Positions 9,294 through 19,188 of a stretch of DNA of 64,000 bases are shown here, one piece after another. A program made the translations under genes and the position numbers. How positions within the stretch are numbered: the stretch's first letter is position 1; each line of letters begins with the position of its first letter. The notes below the pieces were generated by a model. It did no database searches. It had not been told where the DNA came from and worked only from the letters and a program-made list of their open reading frames with translations. Origin of the DNA: an uncultured Alistipes sp. (GTDB lineage Bacteria; Bacteroidota; Bacteroidia; Bacteroidales; Rikenellaceae); assembly GCF_963931675.1 (NCBI RefSeq), contig NZ_OZ007039.1, forward strand, positions 1,771,806 to 1,835,805, read 5' to 3'.

Positions 9294-10292
9294 CTATTGG
9301 TGAAATCCCTTGATCATCAGTTTGACCCAGAGCGTCGACTTGATCGAACAGATCAAACGTCCGAGCAGGAGGATTTTCCGGTCGTAGAAACTCCGGCAGA
9401 ATGCCGGGCGGTAGTATTTCTTCAGTACTTCCCAATTGCACAGGATGCTGTAGGCGAGGATGTTGGCCGTTTCGGAGTTCCATCTCTCGCAGCGCCTCAT
9501 TTCGCGCCTCAACCGGGAGAAAAGGGTCCGGTTGGCCAGGTAGAGAATCTCGTTGCTGTATCCGAGGCGTTCGAACAGCCGGATGATCTTCAGCCGCGTG
9601 CGGATCAGGGTCTGCGGTTCGATGCGGCGGTGGAGCAGGCTCCCCGGCACGAACCGGTAGTGGTAGGTCGGGTGGCTGAACGTGACGATGTGGGTGATGT
9701 GGGCACAATACTGGATCGTGAAGATCTCGTCCTCGGCGTAGTGGAGCGATTCGTCGAAGCGCAGCTCGAGGCGTTCGATCGTCGCCCGGGAGAACATCTT
9801 GTTCCAGGTCCAGCCGAAACCGCGGTGGCGCAGCAGGTCCGCAATGACAGGCATGCAGTCGTTGTGCCCGGACATGACCCGGCAGTCGCTCATGGTATAG
9901 ATACGGGTGCGGGGCGTTTCGCGGCGTCCGGGGCGCTCCTCGAAGAGATTCGTGAAGGCGATGCCGTCCTCGCCGATTCCGCTCTCGGCGAACTGCTGCA
10001 GGTGCTCGGGAACGACCCAGTCGTCGGAGTCCACGAACACCACGAATTCGCCCCGGGCCTCGTCGAGCCCCAGGTTCCGTGCTGCACTGACTCCGCGGTT
10101 GGGGCAGTCGAAGACCCGGATGCGCCGGTCCTGTGCCGCGTAGCGGTCGCAGACCGCCTTGCTGTTGTCCGTGCTGCCGTCGTTGATGAGCAGCAGTTCG
10201 AAGTCCGGCATGGTCTGAGCCAGAATGCTCTCGATGCAGGTCGGCAGGTACTTTTCCGCGTTGAAGACCGGGATGATGACCGAAATAAGCAT
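9294..10292 (-). CDS. family 2 glycosyltransferase
   Basis: N-terminal GT2 signature MLISVIIPVFNAEKYL...INDGSTD...VDSDD. Confidence 0.8.
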   Translation of the reverse strand: MLISVIIPVFNAEKYLPTCIESILAQTMPDFELLLINDGSTDNSKAVCDRYAAQDRRIRVFDCPNRGVSAARNLGLDEARGEFVVFVDSDDWVVPEHLQQFAESGIGEDGIAFTNLFEERPGRRETPRTRIYTMSDCRVMSGHNDCMPVIADLLRHRGFGWTWNKMFSRATIERLELRFDESLHYAEDEIFTIQYCAHITHIVTFSHPTYHYRFVPGSLLHRRIEPQTLIRTRLKIIRLFERLGYSNEILYLANRTLFSRLRREMRRCERWNSETANILAYSILCNWEVLKKYYRPAFCRSFYDRKILLLGRLICSIKSTLWVKLMIKGFHQ

Positions 10293-10310
10293 GGTGTTGC
10301 GGGCGTTGTG

Positions 10311-11135
10311 TCAGTGTTTGGATGGCAGCGTGTCGGGAGCCGTCTCCGCGAGATGGCTGTCGAGCCCTTTTTCGCATCGGGTGCGATGCGCGCGGAGGCT
10401 CTCCAGATAGCGTTGCTCATTGATCTTGCAGTTGTCGCGTGCGGCTTTGCCGTGGTAGAGGTGGAAGGCGATTCCCTGGAATTTGATCCTCCGCTGCCGG
10501 ACCCCGCTGTTACGCAGCCGGAGCCCGAGTTCGGTATCCTCGAATCCCCACCCTTCGAATCCTTCGTCGAAGCCGTTGATCCGGATCAGGTCATCGCGCC
10601 AGATGCCCATGTTGCAGCTTCGGGGGTTGTGCTCGGGGGCCAGCGCACGGTACAGGCGTGCGGCAAAGGGGTTGCGCATGGCATTGCCCCGGCAGGAGAT
10701 CCCCTTGCTCCAGGCCGACAGTGCACGGCCGGGGTGGTTGCCGTCGAGGAGCTCCTGGGTCCGGGCGGCTGAGATCATGCCGCGGGAGCCCGAAACATAG
10801 TACCCTCTTTTGGCAAAGCCGAGGTGGTCGCGGATGAAATTCCGTTGCAGGATCATGTCTCCGTCGACGAGGATGACGTAGTCGCTTTGGCTGGCGGCAA
10901 TGGCCCTGTTGCGAATGGCGGCAGCCCGGAATCCGCGGTCTTCGTGCCAGATGTGGCGCAGCGGAACGGGGGAGATGGCGGCGAAACGCTCCACCACGTT
11001 GCGGGTACTCATGCCCGATCCGTCGTCGGCGATCAGAATCTCCGACGGCATCGTGCTCTGCCGCATGACGCTTTCGAGACAGAGTTCGAGCGCGCGGGGC
11101 CAGTTGTAGGTGGCGATAATCAACGAAACGGTCAT
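10311..11135 (-). CDS. family 2 glycosyltransferase
   Basis: VSLIIATYNWPRALELCLESV...IADDGS...VDGD, a GT2 fold. The start is chosen at MTVSL. Confidence 0.75.
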   Translation of the reverse strand: MTVSLIIATYNWPRALELCLESVMRQSTMPSEILIADDGSGMSTRNVVERFAAISPVPLRHIWHEDRGFRAAAIRNRAIAASQSDYVILVDGDMILQRNFIRDHLGFAKRGYYVSGSRGMISAARTQELLDGNHPGRALSAWSKGISCRGNAMRNPFAARLYRALAPEHNPRSCNMGIWRDDLIRINGFDEGFEGWGFEDTELGLRLRNSGVRQRRIKFQGIAFHLYHGKAARDNCKINEQRYLESLRAHRTRCEKGLDSHLAETAPDTLPSKH

Positions 11136-11384
11136 GGCATGGCTGTCTGTGGTATTGTGTAACAAATGTAGCAATTTATCCTTTACGGCATTACGTTACT
11201 CGTGTCTAATTATATAAATGGCCGTTTTTTTCGATTACTGCATTCCGTTGGCCTGAGAATTAGCACAGGGAATGGATTTGTTTGTATTCTTCTGTATTCC
11301 AGCTTGTTGCGAGTAGCCTGCCTGTGATGATATTAAAAAATATGAAAAAAATTCGAAAATTTTTTAATAAAAGCTTGCGCGGAT

Positions 11385-11458
11385 GCTTTTTTCGCTTTAT
11401 CTTTGCAGTGAAGTTTTAAGGTTCATTTAGGTTAGTAGTTTTAGGTTGGTGAGGAAAC
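11385..11458 (+). promoter_or_regulatory. promoter-like repeat unit, copy 1 (TTTG ... TAtcTTTG motif followed by a conserved ~50-nt leader)
   Basis: Nearly identical to 11734-11805. It contains the Bacteroidetes -7 consensus TAnnTTTG. No convincing downstream CDS. Confidence 0.4.
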
Positions 11459-11733
11459 TGTGGAAGACGGACCAGGTCCGGATTCCGAGTTTCCTTTTTT
11501 TTGTTTTCCGGCAGCCGGGTTCTTGACGGCCTTAGCTCCGGAATCTGGGATCTCCCTGTCTGGTTACCTGGTGAATCGCCCTCTCCCGAAAACCTCGAAT
11601 TTTGTCCCTTTTCTCTTAAATGATTGTCATTCAGCGATTATCATGAAATTTTCGGGATAGAATTGGTTTGCCAATGTTACCAAATTGTTAAATATATTTA
11701 ATATATTCGTAAAATATTTGCATAATTCAAAAA

Positions 11734-11805
11734 TCGCCCTTATCTTTGCAGTGAAGTTTTAAGGTTCATTTAGGTTAGTAGTTTTAGGTTGGTTGAGGAA
11801 ATCGG
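11734..11805 (+). promoter_or_regulatory. promoter-like repeat unit, copy 2
   Basis: Direct repeat of 11385-11458 (cttatctttgcagtgaagttttaaggttcatttaggttagtagttttaggttgg). It is followed by a GC-rich structured region but no CDS. Confidence 0.4.
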
Positions 11806-12094
11806 CAGGTTGTGCCGGAAATCCGGTACTAAGACCCGAGGGCGGTGCTCGCCCGCGGCGTCGAATACCTCCGATTGACCCTCATTTTTGGAGGGGGTGG
11901 TTCCCCGCCAAAAAAAAGGTTCCCCGTCGTGAGACTCGGACCCTTTTTTTGTTTTATACCCTTTCCGTTTTATCGCTCTCCCCGGATTTTTCGGGCCGCG
12001 GCGGTTTCCCGCCTCCCTGAATACCCATCCCGGATGCTCTGGTTATGTGCTGCACCTTCGGTCGGGATGGGCATCTTCCGTGTGAATCGCGGGG

Positions 12095-12823
12095 TCAGCG
12101 GATCCCCAACTCGCTTTTGGGGATCGGAACCTCGACGGCCCCGAGTGCGTAGCACCCGATGTCGTAGGGGTTGTAGTAGAAGGTGATCCCTTCGGGAGTG
12201 ATGCGGAAATTCTCCGTCGGGGCAATGTACTCCGGGAAGAATCCCGCCCGAGTGAGTTCTTCATCGGTCGAAGCGCCGTATTGTTCGGCAATGTGCTTGC
12301 GGATCAGCCCGTCGAGGCGTTGGAGCTCCTCCGCGGTGAAGAGGTCGGCCAGCGAAAGTTCGAATCCGTCGGTGAGTGAATAGGTGTGGCATTGGGTTCC
12401 GTACATGCCGTGCGCACCGCCGGTGTAGCCGGCCCGGGTGATGATGTAGCAGAGCAGTGAATCCTGCACCGAGGCTTCCGATTCTACCGAGATCTCGTAT
12501 TGGCCGCCCTTCGGGGCGTTCCCCTCCGGGAGATAATTGTTGAGAATATCGTTCAGGAAGGCTGCGGCGCCCTCTCCGGCTGTTCCGGAGAACTCCTCCA
12601 GTTGGAAAAAGTAGCCGATGTTGGCCTGTTCGATCAGCTCCAGGGCCGGGGATTTCGCGGTGTTCTCGATCGAGAGGAACCGATAGTCGACTTGACAGCT
12701 GTTGCCGTTCCGGCATAGAAGGGTGTCGAGCGTCATCGTTGTGAACCGGGGCGGCACGGGGTGTTTGGAACAGGCACAGGTGCAGAATGCGGCTGCGAGG
12801 ATCAGGACGGGTCGGATTTTCAT
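12095..12823 (-). CDS. DUF3298/DUF4163-type (RsiV/PdaC-like) lipoprotein
   Basis: Signal peptide with lipobox (LAAAFCTCACS). The C-terminal blocks GGAHGMYG...ITFYYNPYDIGCYALG are characteristic of DUF3298. Confidence 0.55.
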   Translation of the reverse strand: MKIRPVLILAAAFCTCACSKHPVPPRFTTMTLDTLLCRNGNSCQVDYRFLSIENTAKSPALELIEQANIGYFFQLEEFSGTAGEGAAAFLNDILNNYLPEGNAPKGGQYEISVESEASVQDSLLCYIITRAGYTGGAHGMYGTQCHTYSLTDGFELSLADLFTAEELQRLDGLIRKHIAEQYGASTDEELTRAGFFPEYIAPTENFRITPEGITFYYNPYDIGCYALGAVEVPIPKSELGIR

Positions 12824-12964
12824 GGCGGAATGCGGTTTTGTCCGAGGGTAAAGATAGGAAAAAAGCGGGACCCGGCAAGAAAACCGAAAAAAAATCGCAG
12901 ATTTAGGGGGAAAATTTTGGAGATTCAAAAGAAGGCGCTATCTTTGCACCACAAAACGAAACGA

Positions 12965-13036
12965 GGTGGATTCATCTAAGGGTTAGGATACATGCCTCTC
13001 ACGCATGACATAGGGGTTCGAATCCCCTATCCACTA
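12965..13036 (+). tRNA. tRNA-Glu (anticodon CTC)
   Basis: Manually folded. Acceptor GGTGGAT/ATCCACT, anticodon stem CATGC/GCATG with loop CTCTCAC (U33, A37), T-arm AGGGGTTCGAATCCCCT. Its 3' 18 nt are duplicated at 28921-28938. Confidence 0.75.
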
Positions 13037-13040
13037 CGAA

Positions 13041-13066
13041 ACCTGCTGTAAATCAGCAGGTTTTTT
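13041..13066 (+). terminator. Rho-independent terminator (acctgctgtaaatcagcaggtttttt)
   Basis: Perfect 8-bp stem plus T-run directly after the tRNA. Confidence 0.6.
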
Positions 13067-13137
13067 GTTTTGCCCCCATTTTTGCCCCCATTTTTACGCA
13101 TTTCCATGAAAGTATAGAGATTATATCTATGACTACT

Positions 13138-13836
13138 CTATGTTTTTGTAATTTGTTTATTATTAGATAATTGCATTAACTCTCTTGCCTTGGGGATATT
13201 TACGGCAATCTTCCTTCCGTCCCGCTGGATAGCTGCAGCATACTTCGGATTCTTCAGAAAGTTATGGGTTTTGTTCCGCCCCCAATGAAAAGTCTCTGAA
13301 ATCTCCTTATAGCCAAATGCCCATTCTGAATCTTGTTTGCTCTCTTCTTCTTGAATCAGGGGTATGGGAGGGGTTTCCACTTCATCTGTGCTGTTTGGGC
13401 TCTTATCCGATGGGATGAAGTGTTTGAGGAATCTGTTCGTGTAGTCTTTCTGAAGGGATACACAACCACGAACTAACAGGATGAAGTCCCGTTCTTGGCG
13501 TAGTTCTGCATTCCTGTTGGCTTGCAGTTCAGCATTGATGGCTGCAAGGGTTTCCTTGGATGGCACATCAAATAGCTCTTGTTCTTGTTTGATTTCCTGC
13601 AGACGCTGGCGGCAGGTTGTCTTCTGACTATCACTTAACAGGCTCAGTGCGTCTTCTGCATGGTCAAATAATGTTGAAAGGTACTTTGAATATCCTTCCA
13701 GACCTTGAGTCTCTGAAAAGCCGTTATAGGTGGATGGGGCTTCATCTAACAGATGAGCATACTCACATCGTTTTAACTCTCTGAGTAAATTATTAATTCT
13801 TTCCATATTCTTCATTTGTATTATAGTATTCAACAT
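13138..13836 (-). CDS. hypothetical protein with a C-terminal basic, DNA-binding-like region
   Basis: Coding-like ORF at the edge of the island. The C-terminal segment HWGRNKTHNFLKNPKYAAAIQRDGRKIAVNIPKARELMQ looks like an HTH or excisionase-type tail. Confidence 0.45.
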   Translation of the reverse strand: MLNTIIQMKNMERINNLLRELKRCEYAHLLDEAPSTYNGFSETQGLEGYSKYLSTLFDHAEDALSLLSDSQKTTCRQRLQEIKQEQELFDVPSKETLAAINAELQANRNAELRQERDFILLVRGCVSLQKDYTNRFLKHFIPSDKSPNSTDEVETPPIPLIQEEESKQDSEWAFGYKEISETFHWGRNKTHNFLKNPKYAAAIQRDGRKIAVNIPKARELMQLSNNKQITKT

Positions 13837-15421
13837 TCAATGTGGGAACAAGCCCATGTTTGGCATATTCCTGCATCATAATCGCCTGTACTTGCTCGAC
13901 TGGCATTTGGCCGTTCATTACGACCACGGCATCATGAATGCCTAAAGCTGCCATGCCTCGTTTTCTGAAAAGTACATTGAGAGCAGGTGTAAAGATGCTG
14001 CTTTCGAGCTGCATCATTTTGTGGGGAATCTGAATCTTATCTTTCGTACTTCCGTCGGAATAGGTTATATATTCCCCATACGCGTCACATTCCATGTGAA
14101 ATTTCCGTTTGTAATATCGGATGATCTTCATGACAGTTGGATACTTGCCTTGAAATGATTTTGCCCACACATTGCCTTCTTGCACATTCTTGGAGTAGGA
14201 ATAAAACACTTTGGCAAACATCAGCTGTTTGACTTGGCTTCGGTCATAATCGGGGAATGCCATCATTATATCATCCCACAGCAAACCATGGGAGGTCCGA
14301 TACATATACTCCCAAACATCCTTCTTGATTCCTCTGACCTTTGCAACTGTATCTGTTTCTATATTACTGTTAATCAGTAAATTGCAAAGAATATTCATAA
14401 AATAATGGAAATTATTATAAGGAATATTATTAAATAAAAAAGAAGAAATTAAATAATATATTTTAATAAAACTATTAGAAGAATTAAAAGAAGAATATAT
14501 ACTTAACTTATTGATTGATAAATAATAATCTAATATAAAATAGTTAAACAACAAAGGATGTGAGTTCCTGCAATCTATGGAGTATCTGATGTTGGTAAAC
14601 CTCTTCAGTAACTTTGGTAACTGTGTGCCTATGTGATAATACCTTCCATTGGAATCGCTACTCTCAATCTCCTTGTATGTCTTACTTGTTATTTTATCTA
14701 TTATATATTGATAATGCAACTTGCTGTACGTTGACGGGAAAGGAAATGTTGACATAAACATCTCTAATCCTTGTTTATCCTCAATCTTCAGCTTGCGGAC
14801 ATTCGCATTGTAGCGTTCGATGAATTTCGTACCATCCTCGCACAAGTATGTTTGTGCAACACTTTTGGCAGTCTCTATATTTTCTTGATGACGTTCTGCA
14901 AGGAGGTGTTGCAATCTGTCTAAATCTTCTTCAACTTTCTTGTTGATGAATTTCTGGGGATGGAATGTTTCTGGAGAAATGAGCCTGTACAAAGACCCAC
15001 TTCTTTCCAAAATCATTTTGAACTGCAACGTGTTGAGCATATAGTTATAGTAGCGATATTGCTTTTGCAATATCACTGTGGATAGAGCAAACCATCCCTG
15101 TTCATTACTCAAACCGCGTATGTACAATTGGTGGAGAAGAGTCATGAAGTGGATTTTCGTAATCTCTCTGTTTGGTTTGGGGAGATTATGGACAATTGGT
15201 ATGAGCTCTCCTATGGGATTGGGTTTGTATGTAAGAGCCATCTCTTGCAGAGGAATGGGTTTGCCTGCAATTTCTGCGTCAAGGTATTCAGAGGGCTGGC
15301 GCCATTCATTTAACGGATTACTCACATAGTCTATATAGGCATCCACAAGCTGTGAAATTGTTTTGTAGGGTGGATTATATATTATTAACTCTTTCATAAT
15401 CTTATAATTTGTAAACAGCAT
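13793..15421 (-). CDS. hypothetical protein (542 aa; possible replication or priming function)
   Basis: Long AT-rich ORF with an internal low-complexity stretch. A C-terminal acidic hDxxvv-like block (ALGIHDAVVV) is the only hint of function. Confidence 0.45.
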   Translation of the reverse strand: MLFTNYKIMKELIIYNPPYKTISQLVDAYIDYVSNPLNEWRQPSEYLDAEIAGKPIPLQEMALTYKPNPIGELIPIVHNLPKPNREITKIHFMTLLHQLYIRGLSNEQGWFALSTVILQKQYRYYNYMLNTLQFKMILERSGSLYRLISPETFHPQKFINKKVEEDLDRLQHLLAERHQENIETAKSVAQTYLCEDGTKFIERYNANVRKLKIEDKQGLEMFMSTFPFPSTYSKLHYQYIIDKITSKTYKEIESSDSNGRYYHIGTQLPKLLKRFTNIRYSIDCRNSHPLLFNYFILDYYLSINKLSIYSSFNSSNSFIKIYYLISSFLFNNIPYNNFHYFMNILCNLLINSNIETDTVAKVRGIKKDVWEYMYRTSHGLLWDDIMMAFPDYDRSQVKQLMFAKVFYSYSKNVQEGNVWAKSFQGKYPTVMKIIRYYKRKFHMECDAYGEYITYSDGSTKDKIQIPHKMMQLESSIFTPALNVLFRKRGMAALGIHDAVVVMNGQMPVEQVQAIMMQEYAKHGLVPTLNVEYYNTNEEYGKN

Positions 15422-15574
15422 TGCTATAAGCGCCCTTAATACAAAACCCCGTGGGAGGGGTTAGTATAGATACGTCCTGTTGCCTGAATATTTCTCAGCT
15501 ATATTTTCTTTGATACCGAACTTTTCAACTAACCAAACTATTTATATATAAATAACTAAACAAAGTAGAAAAGT

Positions 15575-15748
15575 ATGAGAACAACACGTAATCAATCCGA
15601 GTTCACCAAAAAACGCATCAGTGATGCAATGAAGCTCAAACATCAACAACGTACAGAAGCAGAGAAAAAACAAACCGCTGAGAAACAGTCGCAGTCTATG
15701 AAAAACTATTGGAAAACGATTCCAACTGTATCTGAAACTGAGAAATAA
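15575..15748 (+). CDS. small basic protein (57 aa, below the ORF-track cutoff)
   Basis: ATG preceded by an A-rich RBS-like sequence. It is followed by a hairpin terminator at 15762-15798 (cctctaccatc...gatgatagagg). Confidence 0.25.
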   Translation: MRTTRNQSEFTKKRISDAMKLKHQQRTEAEKKQTAEKQSQSMKNYWKTIPTVSETEK

Positions 15749-15984
15749 GCTTGGGAGTAAAAACCTCTACCATCAGAAGATGATAGAGGTTTTCGCTTCA
15801 TAGACACGTATCCAGTGGGATATCAATGTATAAACTCCTTTTCAAATATTGAATTAATACACTGTTAATCAATATATTAAAATGTATCTATTCAGAAATA
15901 GACCACTGGTAACAATAGGCATCAGAACTGTTTGGCGAATATAGAGATGCGTATTTTTATACAGTCTCCAAAATCGCCAGTGCT

Positions 15985-16188
15985 TTACTGAGCGCAGATA
16001 TAGAAGTGTTCATTATCCCATCCTGCATTAATGCTGCTATAGCCTCTGTATCCGAGTAATGCTGCAATCATTTCAATTTCTGCCTTGTTAGGCATGAAGC
16101 TGAAAGACGTTGAAAATACTCCGTATGCGGACTCATACACTTCGTTATTATTTAAAAATTCTGAAAATTCTTGAATGTTGTCAAACAT
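15985..16188 (-). CDS. small hypothetical protein (67 aa)
   Basis: ORF only, with no supporting signals. Confidence 0.2.
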   Translation of the reverse strand: MFDNIQEFSEFLNNNEVYESAYGVFSTSFSFMPNKAEIEMIAALLGYRGYSSINAGWDNEHFYICAQ

Positions 16189-16650
16189 AATTTAAAAAAA
16201 CGCACTCCTGTTGTTAACCTAGCGACGACGGAGTACCTTAATCGTCGGTCGGTGAAGTTATGGCCTGATATCCATAGATATAGGCATAGTAATCCCCTGT
16301 AGGAATGTAATGTGCCATTCCTAATAGCTTCATCAGAAGCCTTCGCATATCTGTAAAGGGTTGCTCTCTTTAGAGAGTGTAATGGATTTGAGTAGCTATC
16401 TCAAATCCCAGTGAAAACAAGTTAGCAACTCTTGTTTTCTGAAAAAAGACTTGTACTTTGTCTTTTTCGTTGCCTTGGCTTTTGTCAAGTCAGCGCTTTA
16501 TTAACTTGACAATGCAAAGATATGTTTTAGAAAGGTTTTTTCCAAATAAAATTAGGAAAAAGCGTGCTTTTTTTGAAAAAAAATAAAAATACAATTAATG
16601 TTGGTCTATTTGTTTGCATTTGTGGTCAATAAGTTGGTTTTGAAAGGCTA

Positions 16651-17277
16651 TTATAAATATTTGTAAAGCTTCCGGATGGTCATAATTGAAGTTCCAGTAA
16701 TGGCGCTAATCTGTCTCAACGAAAGCCCCTTTCTTAATAAGGAAATTTCTTTTGAATACTGTGCCTTCATCTGCTCATCTGTTTTCTTATAGGTTGATGG
16801 GCGACCCATCTTAATGCCCTCTTTACGACATTTGGCAATATGCTGCTCTCTACCACTAGCCATACGTTCCCGAATAGTCAGGCGTTCCATTTGAGCAATT
16901 TCAAGCAGGATGGTACAAATCAAAGAAGCAATGGGGTTGATTTTCCCTTTGATAAGCGTTTCAAGGTTGTAGTTTTTTACATAGAGGCATATTCCAAGTT
17001 CATTGAGGAGTTGGATGACCTTCAAGGCTTCAAGTGTATTTCTGCCCAATCTTGAAATTTCCAAGACACATACTCGATCAATAGAGTGCGTTTTGACATA
17101 CTCCACCATCTCCATGATTTCGGGACGCTCCTCATTTTTCTTGGCGCCACTGACCTTGTTGGCAAAGACCCTTTCAATATTCCATCTCTGCTGCTGGCAA
17201 TATACCGTCAACTCATTCACCTGTCTATTGTAGTCTTGGCTATTTGTAGAAACACGACAAAATAGTACAACCTTCAT
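16651..17277 (-). CDS. serine site-specific recombinase (resolvase/invertase family)
   Basis: N-terminal catalytic block VVLFCRVSTNSQD (nucleophile Ser10), a resolvase core, and a C-terminal HTH (LSLRQISAITGTSIMTIRKLYK). Confidence 0.85.
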   Translation of the reverse strand: MKVVLFCRVSTNSQDYNRQVNELTVYCQQQRWNIERVFANKVSGAKKNEERPEIMEMVEYVKTHSIDRVCVLEISRLGRNTLEALKVIQLLNELGICLYVKNYNLETLIKGKINPIASLICTILLEIAQMERLTIRERMASGREQHIAKCRKEGIKMGRPSTYKKTDEQMKAQYSKEISLLRKGLSLRQISAITGTSIMTIRKLYKYL

Positions 17278-17278
17278 G

Positions 17279-17596
17279 TTATTGAATGTTATAAAGTTTC
17301 TTTACCTGCTTTACATAATCTGAGGTCCGTTCTACGGCATGGTCAATTACATTAACCAATTGGTCAAAGTATACATCCTCAATAACACTGATGATGGTCA
17401 TGTCATTCCCGCGCAGCTCTATATCAAACAGGTCCTTCCCTTCATTGTACTTAACGAACACCCATCCCCGATGCTTGAATCCGTTCACCATGAATGCCAA
17501 TCCCTTGTCATCAGGAAGTGCCGTGGGGCGATGAAAGCCCCACGAAAACACTACCATCAATTGTGTACGGAGTATTGAAAGAATGTAGTCAGCCAT
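17279..17596 (-). CDS. hypothetical protein (105 aa) in the recombinase operon
   Basis: Tightly packed (2-nt gap to the recombinase gene) on the same strand. Confidence 0.4.
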   Translation of the reverse strand: MADYILSILRTQLMVVFSWGFHRPTALPDDKGLAFMVNGFKHRGWVFVKYNEGKDLFDIELRGNDMTIISVIEDVYFDQLVNVIDHAVERTSDYVKQVKKLYNIQ

Positions 17597-17599
17597 AAT

Positions 17600-17926
17600 T
17601 TAGAAGACCTTGACAATAGACTCCCATCTCAAAGAGCGCCAAGCCCCTTTCTCAATATCAAAGTAGGCGGTTGTGCTGTACAACTCGCGGCTGCAACCTT
17701 TGCCATTGATATACTTTTCAACCAGACTCTTTGAGGTCGTTCCCCATGCCTCACGCACCTCACCATTCTTTTTGATATAGATGAAGTGAGCAACTCCGCT
17801 GCGCAGCTTCTCTTTCAAAGACTCAATCATCATAGCCTTCGCACCTGCTATCAAAAGATTCTGCGTGCGGTCTGCTATCACATTCATCCGTACAGCCGTC
17901 GTGTCAGTAATAATCAAAGCATTCAT
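17600..17926 (-). CDS. SH3 beta-barrel fold protein (DUF2693/WYL_2-like)
   Basis: The block FIYIKKNGEVREAWGTT matches the F.Y.KkDGs.R.a.GTL signature of that family. The start is chosen at MNALIIT. Confidence 0.4.
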   Translation of the reverse strand: MNALIITDTTAVRMNVIADRTQNLLIAGAKAMMIESLKEKLRSGVAHFIYIKKNGEVREAWGTTSKSLVEKYINGKGCSRELYSTTAYFDIEKGAWRSLRWESIVKVF

Positions 17927-17952
17927 GTTTTTGTAAGATTTTTTATTACACA

Positions 17953-18123
17953 ATCAATAATTTCTGCGATACTTCGTCGGATCCCACTTCCATCCCATCA
18001 AGTTGTACAGGCACTCCACTGCGTGAAAATGCGAGCAGCATCCCATGACCTTCTTGCCGTCAATGTCCCAAATTCCCCAACCGCTGCCTGAACGACTGAT
18101 GTGATATTTTCTTGCCTGTACCA
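17953..18123 (-). CDS. small hypothetical protein (56 aa, MVQARKYHISRSGSGWGIWDIDGKK...)
   Basis: Read directly from the sequence, since it falls below the ORF-track cutoff. It is first in a four-gene minus-strand operon that ends with the serine recombinase. Confidence 0.25.
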
Positions 18124-18318
18124 TAATTGACTTTTGATGTATTGTTTAACCCTTTTCTTGTATTGCAAAGATACAACATAAATCAATTGTATACAAATAT
18201 TTCGCCCTGAAAATTGACATATACAGCAATTATTTTATCAAAAAGGCATATTTAATACACATTCTGCGGCTTTTTTATTAACTTTGTATTTGATGTATAT
18301 GTCAACCAATTGAAAAAG

Positions 18319-18639
18319 ATGGAAACCAAGGTTACAATTACAGATGAATTGCGAGTGAAAGAACTGCTCAAGGAGCGTGGCATGATGATGAAAGACTTTG
18401 CAGAACAAATCGGCATCAGCCGTGAGACTCTGACCAGAGCCCTGCAGGGAAATCCACAATATTCCACACTCAAAACTATTGCTGACGGGCTTGGACTATC
18501 TGTCCGTGATCTGTTCAAACCCCAACAAGAGCAACTCCTTCAAGGTGTGATAACATATAATGGAGAGGCCTATGTGATCCGTAATCGCGAGGAGTTTGAT
18601 GCGCTGGTTGACATCATTCATCATGGAGTGGATAAGTAA
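18319..18639 (+). CDS. XRE-family HTH transcriptional regulator (possible C-protein/controller of the downstream R-M gene)
   Basis: Canonical HTH_3 block KDFAEQIGISRETLTRALQG. It lies 13 nt upstream of the R-M gene. Confidence 0.75.
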   Translation: METKVTITDELRVKELLKERGMMMKDFAEQIGISRETLTRALQGNPQYSTLKTIADGLGLSVRDLFKPQQEQLLQGVITYNGEAYVIRNREEFDALVDIIHHGVDK

Positions 18640-18651
18640 ATAAGAGGCAAT

Positions 18652-19188
18652 ATGGCAAAGAAAGCATCTTTTTCCTATATACAGGCTGAACAGTCCCTCA
18701 AACAACTTGCAGGGCAACAGCTCCGTGATACGCTTGGCTATGAGTTGCTACGCACTTTCTGCAGTTATGGAGATGCAAGCATTCAACGGCTCATTGACGG
18801 TAAAGGCAATGAAGCAAAGGATGGCTGTACACTCCTTGTCAAGAAAAAAATGGCTTACCGCCCTGTTGAATCGGGTGATCTGACGGATACACTCCATGCT
18901 TTGACAACAGACAAGGATATTGCTAAAAAGGAACCGCGCCTGTACGTTGTCTGTGATGGTACAAATGTGCTGGCCTACGACCCCAAAGAGGATGATATAT
19001 ACAGCAATACCATTGATCTGCTGTGGAAAGATTTTGACTTTTTCAAGCCCTTGGCAGGGATTGAGAAGGTACAATATGCAGAAGAAGCAGAAGCGGATGT
19101 CAAATCTGCAGAGATGATGGCGCGTATCTATGATGATATACGTCGTTACAATGATGTACATGATGAACAGCAGATTCATTACCTGTAA
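18652..19188 (+). pseudogene. N-terminal fragment of an MmeI-like Type IIL restriction-modification enzyme, interrupted by an IS
   Basis: The block LYVVCDGTNVLAYD aligns with the MmeI N-terminal domain (RYVLVCDFQRFRL). The frame terminates 3 nt into the IS. The expected D...EXK catalytic block reads D...LLVKKK, so it looks degenerate. Confidence 0.6.

Noticed and set aside
8151-10772. Long ORFs 8151..9269(-), 8842..10377(-) and 9222..10772(+)
   Set aside because: They run antisense to the TagF-like gene and the GT2 glycosyltransferase genes. The translations are RPAG-rich low-complexity sequence with no motifs.
11460-12020. Small + strand ORFs (66 aa and 75 aa) downstream of the tandem promoter-like repeats
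   Set aside because: The translations are Pro/Gly/Arg-rich with no start context. The region is better explained as structured non-coding RNA or leader sequence.
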